A stretch of 64,000 nucleotides of DNA from Candidatus Bathyarchaeota archaeon (GCA_963768425.1 CAVYHV010000014.1:224001-288000); one strand, 5' to 3'. Shown: positions 21,063-33,528, counted from the stretch's first letter. Program-made: numbers and translations. Notes: a model not told the origin generated them from the letters alone.

Positions 21063-21659
21063 GTGTCTTCGAATAGTGATGATGATTTTCCTGAGTGGAC
21101 GAAGCGGAAACGGGCTAAAGACCCTTTCTTCGGCGACATAGATGACATGTTCCGTGAAATGGAGAAGATGATGGATGAGGAACTCAAAAACTTCACGGAA
21201 AAAGTGCCGAAAGAATACGTTAAAGAACGCAAGCTGGCCGACGGAAGCACCGTTAAAGAGCTTGGACCATTCGTTTATGGTTACAGCATGAAGATAGGCC
21301 CCGATGGAAAACCGGAAATCCAAGAGTTTGGAAACCTCAAGAAGGGACTCAAAGGCACGCCTCAGGTTAAGGAGGAACGCGAACCCTTGGTTGACATCGT
21401 TGAAACAGACGGCGAAATCCATGTGGTTGTGGAGTTGCCTGGCGTTGAGAAAACCGACATTAAACTGCACGGCACCGAGGATTCGTTGACGATTTCGGTG
21501 GATACCCTCCAGTACAAGTACTACAAGGAAGTTGAATTGCCAGCTAAAGTGCGAGTTATAGAGGCGAAGTCAAGCTACAAAAACGGCGTCTTAGAAGTCG
21601 TCCTGCCTAAAGATGAAGCCCAAAACAAGCCGAAAGGACAACCGATCGACATCGGCTAA
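21063..21659 (+). CDS. Archaeal small heat-shock protein Hsp20
   Basis: GPFVYGYSMKIGPDGKP, REPLVDI, ELPGV and YKNGVLEV motifs. Confidence 0.95.
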   Translation: MSSNSDDDFPEWTKRKRAKDPFFGDIDDMFREMEKMMDEELKNFTEKVPKEYVKERKLADGSTVKELGPFVYGYSMKIGPDGKPEIQEFGNLKKGLKGTPQVKEEREPLVDIVETDGEIHVVVELPGVEKTDIKLHGTEDSLTISVDTLQYKYYKEVELPAKVRVIEAKSSYKNGVLEVVLPKDEAQNKPKGQPIDIG

Positions 21660-21706
21660 AAACCTAAATTCAATCCCTTCAATAATTCAGTGTTGCGAGT
21701 ACAGTA

Positions 21707-22117
21707 ATGAGCGTTAATCAAGAGTTAGATACTTTAAACGCTGTTTGTCGTGAAGCAAAATCAGTGGGCAAACTGTCAGGCACCAATTTAACGGAGCTGT
21801 ACGAGCTTTTCGGGACAAGATTCACAAAAGCTCTTGACGCCCTAAAAGAGGGGCGAGTGAAAAAATACACGTTTAAACCGACCGGAAGGGTGGTTTGGAT
21901 TGTTGTAGGCAGGGAACGGGACTACCTTATCATGCCTGAAGCTGAATTCTGTACCTGCGACGACTTCTACTTCCGCGTTCTAGACAAAAAAGTCCACATG
22001 TGCTATCACCTGCTGACCCAAAAGATCGCTCAGAACTTAACCTGGTTTGAAATTATAGAGGAAAGCGATGAGAGCTACAATATGCTGATGAATGAGTGGA
22101 AAAAAGCGACACCTTAA
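21707..22117 (+). CDS. SWIM zinc-finger protein
   Basis: FCTCDDF...CYH motif. Confidence 0.85.
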   Translation: MSVNQELDTLNAVCREAKSVGKLSGTNLTELYELFGTRFTKALDALKEGRVKKYTFKPTGRVVWIVVGRERDYLIMPEAEFCTCDDFYFRVLDKKVHMCYHLLTQKIAQNLTWFEIIEESDESYNMLMNEWKKATP

Positions 22118-22163
22118 ATATTTAGATGTTACAAGAATATGCAATATTGCAGGGAGAATTCAC

Positions 22164-22289
22164 ATGAATTTAGGGCCATACTTCGTGACTTTAGAATATG
22201 TCGCAATGAGCGGAATTTTCATCGCTTTAGTTTTGATCTTCCTCTACATGTATTACGGCAAAGACGAGGAAGAAGAAATAACCGATTAA
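22164..22289 (+). CDS. Small single-pass membrane protein
   Basis: MNLGPYFVTLEYVAMSGIFIALVLIFLYMYYGKDEEEEITD, preceded by GGGAG. Confidence 0.5.
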   Translation: MNLGPYFVTLEYVAMSGIFIALVLIFLYMYYGKDEEEEITD

Positions 22290-22304
22290 TCTATCCCCTT
22301 CCCT

Positions 22305-22622
22305 CTACAGTATCAAGAGTTTGCCGCGCCTTCTATTCATTACGAAAAACAAAACCAAACTTAATACCGACAGAATTACCCCGATTAATATAAGCCACGT
22401 CGCCTTTGGGCCGGAACCGAAAACAATCGGAAATGGACCGATGAAAACCACAACCCCCGCGCTTGATGAACCACTGAAAATCGAAGCGATTACAACTAAA
22501 ACTATTATGCCGACGAAAACCAAGACTATTCCTAGAATTAGCAGCCAAAACAGTCGGCTGGAAATAGGAATCCCTTCCTCAGATTCATCATCTTCAGCCA
22601 AACTTTTCATCTCGTCAGCCAA
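22305..22622 (-). CDS. DUF131/TIGR00304-like membrane protein
   Basis: GVVVFIGPFPIVFGS motif between two TM helices. Confidence 0.85.
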   Translation of the reverse strand: MADEMKSLAEDDESEEGIPISSRLFWLLILGIVLVFVGIIVLVVIASIFSGSSSAGVVVFIGPFPIVFGSGPKATWLILIGVILSVLSLVLFFVMNRRRGKLLIL

Positions 22623-22897
22623 TAAATTAACACCATCGCAATGATGACGGCAATAACAAGCGCCAAAGCTAATGCCAAAACCGTCTTGACAGATTTGTTG
22701 TCTGTGCCAAAGATAATCGGGATGGGACCAATCATAATTATTCCTGCAGCTTTAACTTTGCCTCTTTTTGCACCGTGTGCTGACGCCGCAATTATCGCAA
22801 TCATAATGATTATGATCCCAGTAACTATAAGTGCTAATGCAAGCGCATAAAAAACTTCAAGATCCAACCGTTCTTCCTCCAGAGCGCGCTGTATCAA
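22607..22897 (-). CDS. DUF131/TIGR00304-like membrane protein (tandem paralogue)
   Basis: AGIIMIGPIPIIFGTD motif. Confidence 0.85.
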   Translation of the reverse strand: MIQRALEEERLDLEVFYALALALIVTGIIIIMIAIIAASAHGAKRGKVKAAGIIMIGPIPIIFGTDNKSVKTVLALALALVIAVIIAMVLIYWLTR

Positions 22898-23161
22898 ATG
22901 GAAGAGCGTTTGTAATAAATGTAAATAGCGAAAGAGAAACGCTTGACGCGTAAATCAATTCTTGATTGATCTTCCAGATGTTTTTAGAGACTAATTGCAA
23001 CAAATCCAAACCCCATTCGAAGAAAGCAACCCAAAGCACAAACGAAAAATTTCTCCTCCGGAAACACTATCAAACTGCTTGCAATTGCAATAAATGTGAA
23101 CACAGAGACGAGAAATGCAAAAAATTAAAAGGGTTCAGAATAGTTATCGTGTCGGCGGAAT

Positions 23162-24403
23162 ATGAACACCAAAGACATCATCCAAAAAATCCTTGCAGCA
23201 AACACCGAGGTCGACGAGGAACAGGTTCTTGAGAAATTACGAGACGAAAGGGCAAAGGCAGGAGGTTTGCTTGGTGATGAAACTCTTCTGAGGTTGATTG
23301 CTGCAAGATACGGCGTGGAAGTGCAGCAGAAAGGCATAAGCAACAGCGGAATTTTGGCGTCGAGCCGTTTATTCGCTGGGTTGAATGATGTCACGGTGGA
23401 AGGACGCGTAATCGCAGTTTTTCCTGTTCGCGCTTTTGAGGGAGAAAAACCAGGTAAATTCGCGACGCTGATGATTGCGGACAATGAAGGAGTCCTACGC
23501 GTGGTGTTGTGGAATGACAAAACAAACCTAATTGAAAGTGGCGAAGTCAACATCGGACAAACCGTTAGGCTTATTCACGGGTACACTCGGGCAGACCGTT
23601 ACGGCAAAGTGGAGCTGCATTTGGGAGGCAAAAGTAAAATCGAAGTTGAGCCTCCAGAAAAAACCAGCGAGTACCCTGACACAGAGAAATTCACAGCGAA
23701 AATAGGCTCCTTGAATGCTTCATCAGGCGCCGTTCAAATTTCAGGTATAGTCAAAGGCATCTCGGGATTAACAACATTCACTAGGAGCAACGAGGCAGAT
23801 GGAAAAGTCATACGAATCACCCTCACCGACGAATCAGGACAAGTTACAGCTGTAGTTTGGAACGAAAAAGCAACTGAACTAGAGATCTTGAAAATCAACT
23901 CACAACTGCGTCTCATCAATGCTAGGGTTAAAGAAGCGCAAAACGGCGGGATTGAAGTCCATGTAGACTCAAATACGTACGTCAACGTTCAAAATGCCCC
24001 GCTGAAGCTCACGAAAATAGATAGCTTAACTGAAAACCAAACCGTAAGCGTCCAGGGCATCGTTGGAACAGCTCCACAAAACAGGGAAGTAACCACAGCC
24101 AAAGGGGAAAACGTGAAACTAATGACTTTTAGCCTTAAGGATGACACGGGCAGCGTTCGGGTTTCGGCTTGGCGTCAACAGGCAGACGAGCTTAAAGCCT
24201 TGAAAATAGGCGACGAATTGTTGTTAGAAAACGTTTTGGCAAGGATGGGCTTCGAGGGCAAAATCGAGTTGTCAACTCGCAGCGGAACCGAAGCATCAAT
24301 TAAAGCACATGTAAGTCAATCTTCTAATCGACTTACTACAGCCCCAAGCATTTCGTCACAGAAGATTACAGATTACGATTCGGACTTATCGAAGTACCGA
24401 TGA
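23162..24403 (+). CDS. Replication protein A (three OB folds)
   Basis: Three repeats of a D.(S/T/E)G...(V/A)..W OB-fold pattern. Confidence 0.9.
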   Translation: MNTKDIIQKILAANTEVDEEQVLEKLRDERAKAGGLLGDETLLRLIAARYGVEVQQKGISNSGILASSRLFAGLNDVTVEGRVIAVFPVRAFEGEKPGKFATLMIADNEGVLRVVLWNDKTNLIESGEVNIGQTVRLIHGYTRADRYGKVELHLGGKSKIEVEPPEKTSEYPDTEKFTAKIGSLNASSGAVQISGIVKGISGLTTFTRSNEADGKVIRITLTDESGQVTAVVWNEKATELEILKINSQLRLINARVKEAQNGGIEVHVDSNTYVNVQNAPLKLTKIDSLTENQTVSVQGIVGTAPQNREVTTAKGENVKLMTFSLKDDTGSVRVSAWRQQADELKALKIGDELLLENVLARMGFEGKIELSTRSGTEASIKAHVSQSSNRLTTAPSISSQKITDYDSDLSKYR

Positions 24404-24843
24404 CAATAGCTTTCAGCTGTTGGAAAGACCCCCTGCACCCTTCCTAAGCGTTTTTTCGCGTTTACCTTCTCAGCAACTCCAATAACATCGTTTGGTTTAC
24501 TGAAGCACTCTTTTGCGCCATCTTCCCGTTTTCTCTCAACTTTTATGCAGTTATCAACCATGCAGTTCAAGACACAGGCGCCGCAGTAAACGCATAAATC
24601 CTCCATAACGCCCACCTGACCGTTCGCCCAGTACAAAGCGTTAGTCGGGCAGGCTTTAATACATAGTTTACATTGGACGCCGGCGCATGTGAACTTGTTA
24701 ATGTCAATTTTGCCTTCTTTGAAAAGATCCTTTACTTTTGTTGGCTCCAAAAGCTCTTGTCTGCGTTTCTTTTTTGCCTGCTCAGGGCTGTTTTCTGACA
24801 TTAGACCGAATATGTCAAGAGAAGAAGCGGTTTTCTCAGGCAT
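24373..24843 (-). CDS. 4Fe-4S dicluster (ferredoxin-like) protein
   Basis: CAGVQCKLCIKACP and CVYCGACVLNC motifs. Confidence 0.9.
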   Translation of the reverse strand: MPEKTASSLDIFGLMSENSPEQAKKKRRQELLEPTKVKDLFKEGKIDINKFTCAGVQCKLCIKACPTNALYWANGQVGVMEDLCVYCGACVLNCMVDNCIKVERKREDGAKECFSKPNDVIGVAEKVNAKKRLGRVQGVFPTAESYCHRYFDKSES

Positions 24844-25110
24844 TTGGAGACACAACTAAAGCAAGTTTGTCATGAAAATAGCTCTAAGAATTATAATTAC
24901 TTATCTAGCATTTTTCATACTATCAACCGTCAAACTGGGTTTTTTCGATGAAATAAGGAAATCAAAGGTCCAATGTCACTTAATTGCCCTTCCAAGAATG
25001 ATTCTTGCCAAGAACCGAATTTTTTGATGTACACATTATTTATAAATTAAGACTCAGTCAGTAAATAGAAGAAAAACGGATTTTGAAGCCACCGCAAAAG
25101 AGGAAACCGA

Positions 25111-26559
25111 ATGCAAGACCAAAGAAAACCGGTTGACGCCTTGCCCAAGCACAGCAGCATAGTTTTGGGCATCGTTATGCTCGGGACATTGATGGGAGCA
25201 CTGGATAGCACCATCGTCCTCTTAGCTTTTCCAACAATAAACGACAGTTTGCACTCAAACCTTGCCACCTCATTGTGGATCATCCTTGCGTATCTTCTTG
25301 TGATAGCCGTCGCAACAACGCAGATGGGCAGAATCGGAGACATTTACGGCAGGTGCAGAATATTCAATTTTGGCTTTGTAGTGTTCACTGTGGGCTCTGC
25401 TTTATGCGGGTTTTCAACACATATCTATTTGCTCATCGGCTTCAGAGCTGTTCAAGCAGTTGGAGGAGCAATACTGCAAGCTACAAGCGGCGCCATAATA
25501 GCTGATTATTTCCCAAGAGAAAGACGCGGAAGAGCCTACGGTTACAATTCACTGGGCTTTACAGCGGGAGCAATGCTTGGAATAGTTTTTGGCGGAATAA
25601 TCACCACTTTCATCGGCTGGCAATACATTTTCTTTATAAACATTCCAATTGGAGCCATCGCTGTTACAATAGGCGTGAAATACATAAGGGATATTCACCC
25701 CTCAGTCCCGAGCAAACTTGACCTCCCCGGAATGGGTTTACTTGCCGCAGCTCTGGTCCTTCTATCGCTAGGTCTTGTTAATTTCGCTGCCTCGGGATTC
25801 GGCACCTTCAACTTCACTTTGGTCTTAGTTGGAGCGGCGTTGCTGCCTGTGTTTGTGCTGTATGATCGTAGGCTGGAAGCCCCCTTAATTGACTTTGAAG
25901 CTCTCAAAATTAAGGTTCTTCGGAACGCGCTCCTGTCTGCGTTCTTTACAAGCGTAGGCTACTTTTCCGTAGTGTTCCTTGTAATAATGTACTTGCAGGG
26001 AATAAGAGCGCTTACACCCCTCAACGCCTCCCTCCTGTTGGTACCAGGATACGTTGCAGGCAGTTTTCTTGGTCCAATAATGGGCAGGCTCTCGGACAAG
26101 TACGGATCAAGAGAAATCGCTACAACAGGAATATTCTTCCTGGCAGTCGCCGTGCTAATTTACTTGACTATGGGCACAAATACTCCGCTCTACATCGTGC
26201 TTCTTGCTTCAGCCGTGTCAGGCCTCGGCACATCCATGTTCTTCCCCGCCAACAACAGCGCAGTAATGGCGAATGCAAGAGCCGGCTCATTCGGCAGCAT
26301 CTCCGGTTTGCTTCGAACCGTCCAGAACATCGGGTTAGTTGGCAGTTATGTTCTATCAATTTCGGTTGCTGCAGCCTCAATTCCTCGTCAGGTAGCTTTC
26401 GAAGTGTTCATTGGAACAACAAGCCTAACTGGCGGCGTGAGCCAAGAATTCATAACAGGCATAGACCATGCCTTCTACGCGTCCATAGCCATATTAGCGC
26501 TGGCAGGGATACTGTCATACATTCGGGGGAAAGAAACAAGAAACAAAACAGCCCTCTGA
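25111..26559 (+). CDS. MFS drug/H+ antiporter (DHA2/EmrB-like)
   Basis: LDSTIV, GRIGDIYGR, FFINIPIG motifs; about 14 TM segments. Confidence 0.93.
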   Translation: MQDQRKPVDALPKHSSIVLGIVMLGTLMGALDSTIVLLAFPTINDSLHSNLATSLWIILAYLLVIAVATTQMGRIGDIYGRCRIFNFGFVVFTVGSALCGFSTHIYLLIGFRAVQAVGGAILQATSGAIIADYFPRERRGRAYGYNSLGFTAGAMLGIVFGGIITTFIGWQYIFFINIPIGAIAVTIGVKYIRDIHPSVPSKLDLPGMGLLAAALVLLSLGLVNFAASGFGTFNFTLVLVGAALLPVFVLYDRRLEAPLIDFEALKIKVLRNALLSAFFTSVGYFSVVFLVIMYLQGIRALTPLNASLLLVPGYVAGSFLGPIMGRLSDKYGSREIATTGIFFLAVAVLIYLTMGTNTPLYIVLLASAVSGLGTSMFFPANNSAVMANARAGSFGSISGLLRTVQNIGLVGSYVLSISVAAASIPRQVAFEVFIGTTSLTGGVSQEFITGIDHAFYASIAILALAGILSYIRGKETRNKTAL

Positions 26560-26718
26560 AAGAGATTAGGTAACGAAGCCCTACATAGAAAAAAAACAAT
26601 AACAATGTTTTAGGTGTATCTTGGTCTGAAAGTCAGAAACCATGCGGGAACCGTGGTTTCTACGCTGAACATAAGAAACGTTTAAGAAATAAAGAGCACA
26701 GTCAAGAGCCAGATAGAA

Positions 26719-27372
26719 ATGCTCGGAAACGACTTCAAGGCTAAAGGTATTTTCTTGGATTTAGATGGAACAATAGTTGACTCTACCGAGGCCTACTTAG
26801 AAGCAGCGAAAATATCTTTTCAAACCATCGGTCAACCGTCGCCAACCAGCGAAACAGCCATGGAAATCCCTAGGAGACTCGAGCAGGGCTTTTCCATAGA
26901 AGACATCACGCATGGAGAAGCCAAACGGTTCCTAAACACGTACTTGAAAACCTACTATTCGATCACCCAGCAGAAAACCAAGCTCATACCTAACGTTAAA
27001 ACTACACTTGAAGCATTAGCCACCAAGCAGAAACTTGCCCTCATAACAATGCGGCACGTCTCCAAACAATCCATAGTGAAGGAGCTTGAATTCTTCGGGA
27101 TTGCCAGATGTTTTACGCACGTGGTAACGGCTCTTGATACTCCAAAGCCTAAACCTTCCCCTGATGCTCTGATGAACTGTGTTAGAACCTTACAAATCGA
27201 TATCAGTAACTGCGTAATAGCAGGCGACTCGGTCAATGATGTGCGTGCGGGAAAAGCTGCTGGAGCAAAGACAGTGGCAGTTTTATCAGGACTTTTCAAA
27301 TCAGGAGAACTTGCCAAAGAAGAGCCAGATTTAATTTTGGATGATGTTACAGCACTGCCAAATTTTATCTAA
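26719..27372 (+). CDS. HAD-superfamily hydrolase (phosphoglycolate phosphatase-like)
   Basis: DLDGTIVDS, KPSPD and GDSVND motifs. Confidence 0.93.
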   Translation: MLGNDFKAKGIFLDLDGTIVDSTEAYLEAAKISFQTIGQPSPTSETAMEIPRRLEQGFSIEDITHGEAKRFLNTYLKTYYSITQQKTKLIPNVKTTLEALATKQKLALITMRHVSKQSIVKELEFFGIARCFTHVVTALDTPKPKPSPDALMNCVRTLQIDISNCVIAGDSVNDVRAGKAAGAKTVAVLSGLFKSGELAKEEPDLILDDVTALPNFI

Positions 27373-27508
27373 TGATTCAGCAGTATATCGAAAGCTGAAA
27401 TATTGGTGAAACCCGTCTTAGCCGTTTATATGTCGCAATAAAAATAAAGTTTATCAGAAACCTTGATCTTAGGTCTTAATTGGAGAGGGCTTTGGAGCGG
27501 GAATCAGT

Positions 27509-28120
27509 ATGAACTTTGTCGAATTGATGATAGGGGAGAAATTGAAGGATGCGGATCCAGCTCTTGACATTATGGGGTCTGACCGCAAAGTACTGCAGGT
27601 GGCATGTCAAGACTTCACAAACTTTCTAAAGTTTCATTGGAACCTGATTGGGAAGGAAGCAAGCCAATGCGAATTAGTTGAAAGACTGGAAACAATCTTT
27701 AAGGAAGATTCGTCAGAACTAGAAGCGTTCTTAACTGTTTGGATTGGAATCTGGTTCAAGAAGTGGAAGGAACGCGTCAAACTACTGATAGGCGACCAGA
27801 ATGCTACTCGATGGAACAAAATTTCTAAAACTCTATCTTGCGCGGAGCCTCTCTGGAAGAGGATCGAACACAAGCAGGAGCTTCAAGAAATCATCATCAC
27901 AACACTGCTAAAAAACGGGGAAATCTGCGGCACAGAAATACTGTCAGAGAACCTGTTGAAGATGGAGCTTGGCGAGAAACACGTGCAGGAACTTAACGAG
28001 CGTGAGCAAGTCTTCACCATCGTTAATGAGGCGTTACGGAAAGCCCGTGAAATGGCACAGAGCAAAGGTCCATTGATCTTTGTCAAAGTAGATAAAGGCT
28101 ACTATAATATGCCAACCTAA
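27509..28120 (+). CDS. Hypothetical protein
   Basis: 203-aa ORF with GGAG upstream and protein-like composition. Confidence 0.75.
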   Translation: MNFVELMIGEKLKDADPALDIMGSDRKVLQVACQDFTNFLKFHWNLIGKEASQCELVERLETIFKEDSSELEAFLTVWIGIWFKKWKERVKLLIGDQNATRWNKISKTLSCAEPLWKRIEHKQELQEIIITTLLKNGEICGTEILSENLLKMELGEKHVQELNEREQVFTIVNEALRKAREMAQSKGPLIFVKVDKGYYNMPT

Positions 28121-28245
28121 GCTCACATCCACCTTATTTTTTGTGATGCATAACCACAACTATTGTTAGCAGAGTCAAGCCTATCGAATTTGATTTAAAA
28201 ACTGGTGTTTCTAAAAAGCTAAAATGGTCTATTGGGAAATTGGGT

Positions 28246-28434
28246 TTAGACGACTCTTACTCTTTGAAGAGTCTTGCGCATCCAGCTGTAATGCCTTATT
28301 TTTTTGGTTTCTCCGAAGCCGCATGCACCGCAGTGCTTGTTGCGTACATGGTACGCGCGTCTTCCGCAGCGTCGGCATTTGATGTGGACGGTTTTGCCCT
28401 GCCGCTTACCCATTGATGGAGTGCCTTTTCCCAT
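28246..28434 (-). CDS. rpl37e: 50S ribosomal protein L37e
   Basis: [14 protein letters not shown] and CGACGFG motifs. Confidence 0.98.
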   Translation of the reverse strand: MGKGTPSMGKRQGKTVHIKCRRCGRRAYHVRNKHCGACGFGETKKIRHYSWMRKTLQRVRVV

Positions 28435-28439
28435 TTAGG

Positions 28440-28667
28440 TCACCTTGGCGGTGGCGATATTAGGACTACGTTGTCTCCGCGGACGATAATTAGTCCCAGT
28501 TTCTTTTGGTTTTCCACTACTGTTGTGTCTTCTGTTTCTTCTAGAACAAGGTTTAAGTGTTGATCGAAACCCTTCAGTCTACCTCGAAGGCTTTTTCCGC
28601 CTTTGAGTCGTACCAGTACAACTTTGCTGAGGTTCTGTTCAAGGATTTCGGTTGTCATTTCGCTCAT
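28440..28667 (-). CDS. Sm-like archaeal protein (Lsm/SmAP1)
   Basis: GFDQHLNLVL and IVRGDNVVLISP; canonical linkage to rpl37e. Confidence 0.97.
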   Translation of the reverse strand: MSEMTTEILEQNLSKVVLVRLKGGKSLRGRLKGFDQHLNLVLEETEDTTVVENQKKLGLIIVRGDNVVLISPPPR

Positions 28668-29063
28668 ACTGTAATCCTCATGATTTCATTATCTCTTCTA
28701 TACTTCAACTCTCCACATTTAACCATTTCGGAGAAGCAGAAAGAATCCAGAATCCCGCGGCGTTCCAAGGAGGTTGCTTGCCAACGAAGGAGACTTCAAA
28801 GTTTTGATAGCCAACGAACTGGCATTTTTTGTGGTTGGGCAACAAATACCGGAACACCTCTTATCTGATGGTTACCAATCCTGTGCTCTTTGTGTTCAAA
28901 CTTTAACCTTTAGCTAGGAACCCAAGAGGATATGCTTCGTCTTAATCAGAGTTTTCCAAGTTCTTTTGGTTTAGACTCAGGTTTGAGTTTAGGTTAGGCT
29001 GCAAAAGTGCGGAAAAATTGAAAAAGCTAGGAAGAAGGAGATATGAGGTGTACGCCATTAAGT

Positions 29064-29642
29064 CTAAGTCGAGTGGTCCTCGATGAACTTGCCCATATCA
29101 AGAAGGGTTAAATCGCCCTTGCAGGTGGTGCAGAACTTTGGGAGTTGGGTTGCTTTTGCTCCAATTTTCAGCTGGCCCCCACAGTGCGGACAGTAATAGG
29201 TCAATGTTTGCCCCTTCTTAGCAAGATTCTTAACTAGTACCGCAGTATTGACGCTCGGCTTAGGCATTTTTCCACGCGCCGCCTCCGCCTGTTCCGCCAT
29301 ACCCCACTTGTCATATCCGGAGGCTGCCTCCTCAAACTTGCCCTGCGCTTCCAGCTTTTTGATTTCTGCTAATGCAATTTCTTTGTCGGTGCTGAAGTCG
29401 CTACATTTTTCTGCTTCAACAAAATAAGTGTTGAACCCAACCGCTACCGCATCAAGCTTTTTGCCCCGTTTCTTGCAGGTTTCTTCGCAGAAGTAGCTAC
29501 ATTCCTCACAGTTCCGAAGCCCCTTGTACTCCTTCTCAACCTTCCAGTAACAGTCAGCGCAGTACGATCGTTCGTCGCCGTCGATTTTTGCAGTCGGCAT
29601 GTTACCTTTAGATTCTTTGCCGCAACCATAACATTTAGCCAT
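29064..29642 (-). CDS. Multi-zinc-ribbon hypothetical protein
   Basis: CYGC, CADC, CEEC, CPHC and CTTC pairs. Confidence 0.75.
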   Translation of the reverse strand: MAKCYGCGKESKGNMPTAKIDGDERSYCADCYWKVEKEYKGLRNCEECSYFCEETCKKRGKKLDAVAVGFNTYFVEAEKCSDFSTDKEIALAEIKKLEAQGKFEEAASGYDKWGMAEQAEAARGKMPKPSVNTAVLVKNLAKKGQTLTYYCPHCGGQLKIGAKATQLPKFCTTCKGDLTLLDMGKFIEDHST

Positions 29643-29794
29643 ATCTTTAACCCTCAAGTTCAAGTTTGTCTTTTAGTTATCTAATTAGTTGCAAATAATG
29701 GTTAAGGCTTGTATAAAAAAGCGACGCAACACTTGACGGCGGATTTAGGGGCAAAGTTAAATTTCAACCCTGCATGAATACGGTAAGCGAGAGC

Positions 29795-30298
29795 ATGCCT
29801 ACAAAACAGCGAAGATACCCTTTAAAGAATAAAGAGGCAAAACAGATCTTAACTGAAGCCTCAGCAAACCTCAAACTTGACATGGAGAAGCTTTTCGGCA
29901 GCAAAGCCACTGTAGAAGTCGCCGAATCCGAAGTCGGCTCAATTTACCTCATCGAAGGAAAACCCATCCTCTTCAAAGCCGACAACAAAGTCTTGCCGAC
30001 CCTGCACTTCACAGAATACATTATTGGCGCACCCAAAATCGTAGTTGACATGGGCGCAGTACCCTACGTCTGCAAAGGCGCAACAGTCATGGCTCCAGGC
30101 ATAGTACGCATCGAAGGCAGCTTTGCAAAAGGCGACCTAGTAGTGGTAGCTGACGTGAAGTTTGGGAAAACACTGGGGCTAGGCGAAAGCCTCCTCGACG
30201 CCGAAACAGCAAAACAAACAAAGAAAGGACCTGTGGTAAAGACACTGCATTTTGTCAGCGACAAAATCTGGGACCACACCAAAACGCTAATTGAATAA
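29795..30298 (+). CDS. PUA-domain RNA-binding protein (DUF1947 + PUA)
   Basis: VVDMGAVPYVCKGATVMAPGIV and LHFVSDKIW motifs. Confidence 0.93.
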   Translation: MPTKQRRYPLKNKEAKQILTEASANLKLDMEKLFGSKATVEVAESEVGSIYLIEGKPILFKADNKVLPTLHFTEYIIGAPKIVVDMGAVPYVCKGATVMAPGIVRIEGSFAKGDLVVVADVKFGKTLGLGESLLDAETAKQTKKGPVVKTLHFVSDKIWDHTKTLIE

Positions 30299-30307
30299 CC
30301 GATAAGC

Positions 30308-31153
30308 TTAGCTGCCTAAAACGTTCATTAGATTTTCGACGTCTTTGATCCATTTGCTTATCATTTCGAGATTCTCTTTCTGCTTATGTGTTACTTTCTG
30401 CATTCCCTCAAGTTCGTCAAGTTGGTGTTTGTAGAATAAAGCCAACGAGTTCAACGGCTTTATGAATTGGTCTGTTGGCTCATGTCTCTCCAGCTTGTCA
30501 CCTAAACTGTTGAGTGCAGTGAGCATTTCTTCCACGGTCATTTCAGTGTTTTTCTTAAATTCCTGAAGCATCCATTGTTTGGCAACAATGTTACGGCTTT
30601 TCCAACCGCTGGATTGTTTAGTGAAGGTTTCGAGAACGGCCTGGTAGATTTGTGTATCATGTCTTGTGTCCAATGCTTTAGGTTGAGGCGCTGCAATGGC
30701 GCCTGTTGCCGGCGCCTGCGAATCATGCTGAGGTTGAGCAAAGGAACAGGTTAAGTTCACTGAAGGCCTAAGCGGAGAACCCAATGCAACCCACAGTTTA
30801 CTTAATTCATCCAAAGAAAGTGAATCAATCTTAACTGTGAACCCTGAGTTGGCAATGGCTTGCGGGTTTGAAAAAACATGAATTATTGTTTCGAGCAATA
30901 AATGGTCGTCTTTATCTTTTCCAGTGAGGGGTGTAACAAGATAGTGAAGGGCGAAAGCTGGTTGAGTTGTTATATTGTATAGAAAAATCGACAGTTTTCT
31001 GGTTTCGCGCGCGCCAGCTGGTTTTGGAGAGGAAAACGAAATCTGCTCTTGACTGGAAAGCATGTTTTCCATTGTGGATTCTTTTTCTAAGCGTTTCCAG
31101 ACAAGGTTTGCAAGCGCCGAGTCGACATCCGAGATGAACGCTTCTTGAAACAT
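30308..31153 (-). CDS. DUF4255/Pvc16-like domain protein with helical C-terminal extension
   Basis: LSIFLY, LHYLVTP, LL..II.VF and LSLDELSKLWVAL...RPSV pattern. Confidence 0.65.
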   Translation of the reverse strand: MFQEAFISDVDSALANLVWKRLEKESTMENMLSSQEQISFSSPKPAGARETRKLSIFLYNITTQPAFALHYLVTPLTGKDKDDHLLLETIIHVFSNPQAIANSGFTVKIDSLSLDELSKLWVALGSPLRPSVNLTCSFAQPQHDSQAPATGAIAAPQPKALDTRHDTQIYQAVLETFTKQSSGWKSRNIVAKQWMLQEFKKNTEMTVEEMLTALNSLGDKLERHEPTDQFIKPLNSLALFYKHQLDELEGMQKVTHKQKENLEMISKWIKDVENLMNVLGS

Positions 31154-31287
31154 TAATATCGAGTAACTATCTTGTCAGGTTCCTAAAAAAGAGTTTTCAA
31201 ACTAAAACTTCTTTTCACTACACAAATGCAGTTCAGGCAAGCTAACAAAAATAAGAAAATTAACCCTTGGCTATATTGCTAATGTTT

Positions 31288-32978
<1,691 letters not shown>

Positions 32979-33411
32979 TCAGACCTAACTGAGCAATTAG
33001 TCAGGTCTACATTCATGTCCCCGCAACTGGAGGCCAACACCATCATTCCTGCAAGGCAAACGCCGTTTCGGTACGGGTTGAGCCGCCGCCATGTGAAAAT
33101 TGCGGGGCTAGCAATTATAGCTGAATTCTATCAGAAGCGCCTCTATCCGATATAAACATTTCTTTAACATTGAGGTAAACATTATTCCTTTAAGGGTAAG
33201 CCGTTTTGCCGTAGCGCTTTCAATGGTTTCCGTTAATTCTTTCCGCGGCTCAAGCAGCATTAGAAAAAAAGAATATGATAAAACCGTTTGAATAAGTGAA
33301 GAACATCGGTGATTGTCTTACTTTTTGCAATCCAGAAAGTTCATGTTGAAAAGTAGGGTTTCAAGTTTCGATTTTGAACCATGAAACTTAGATCCCTCTG
33401 ATCATTGCGCT

Positions 33412-33528
33412 TTAGTTTCGACCTGTTTCATGGCTCCATTTACCTTTGCAAAAGATACTGAAGTCGCAGGCGACACACGGGCCCTTTACACCAAGGTCAC
33501 AACAATCATCGTCTTTAATTTCTATCAT
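33412..33528 (-). CDS. Possible small Cys-rich protein (38 aa)
   Basis: MIEIKDDDCCDLGVKGPCVACDFSIFCKGKWSHETGRN*, purine-rich upstream sequence. Confidence 0.35.
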   Translation of the reverse strand: MIEIKDDDCCDLGVKGPCVACDFSIFCKGKWSHETGRN

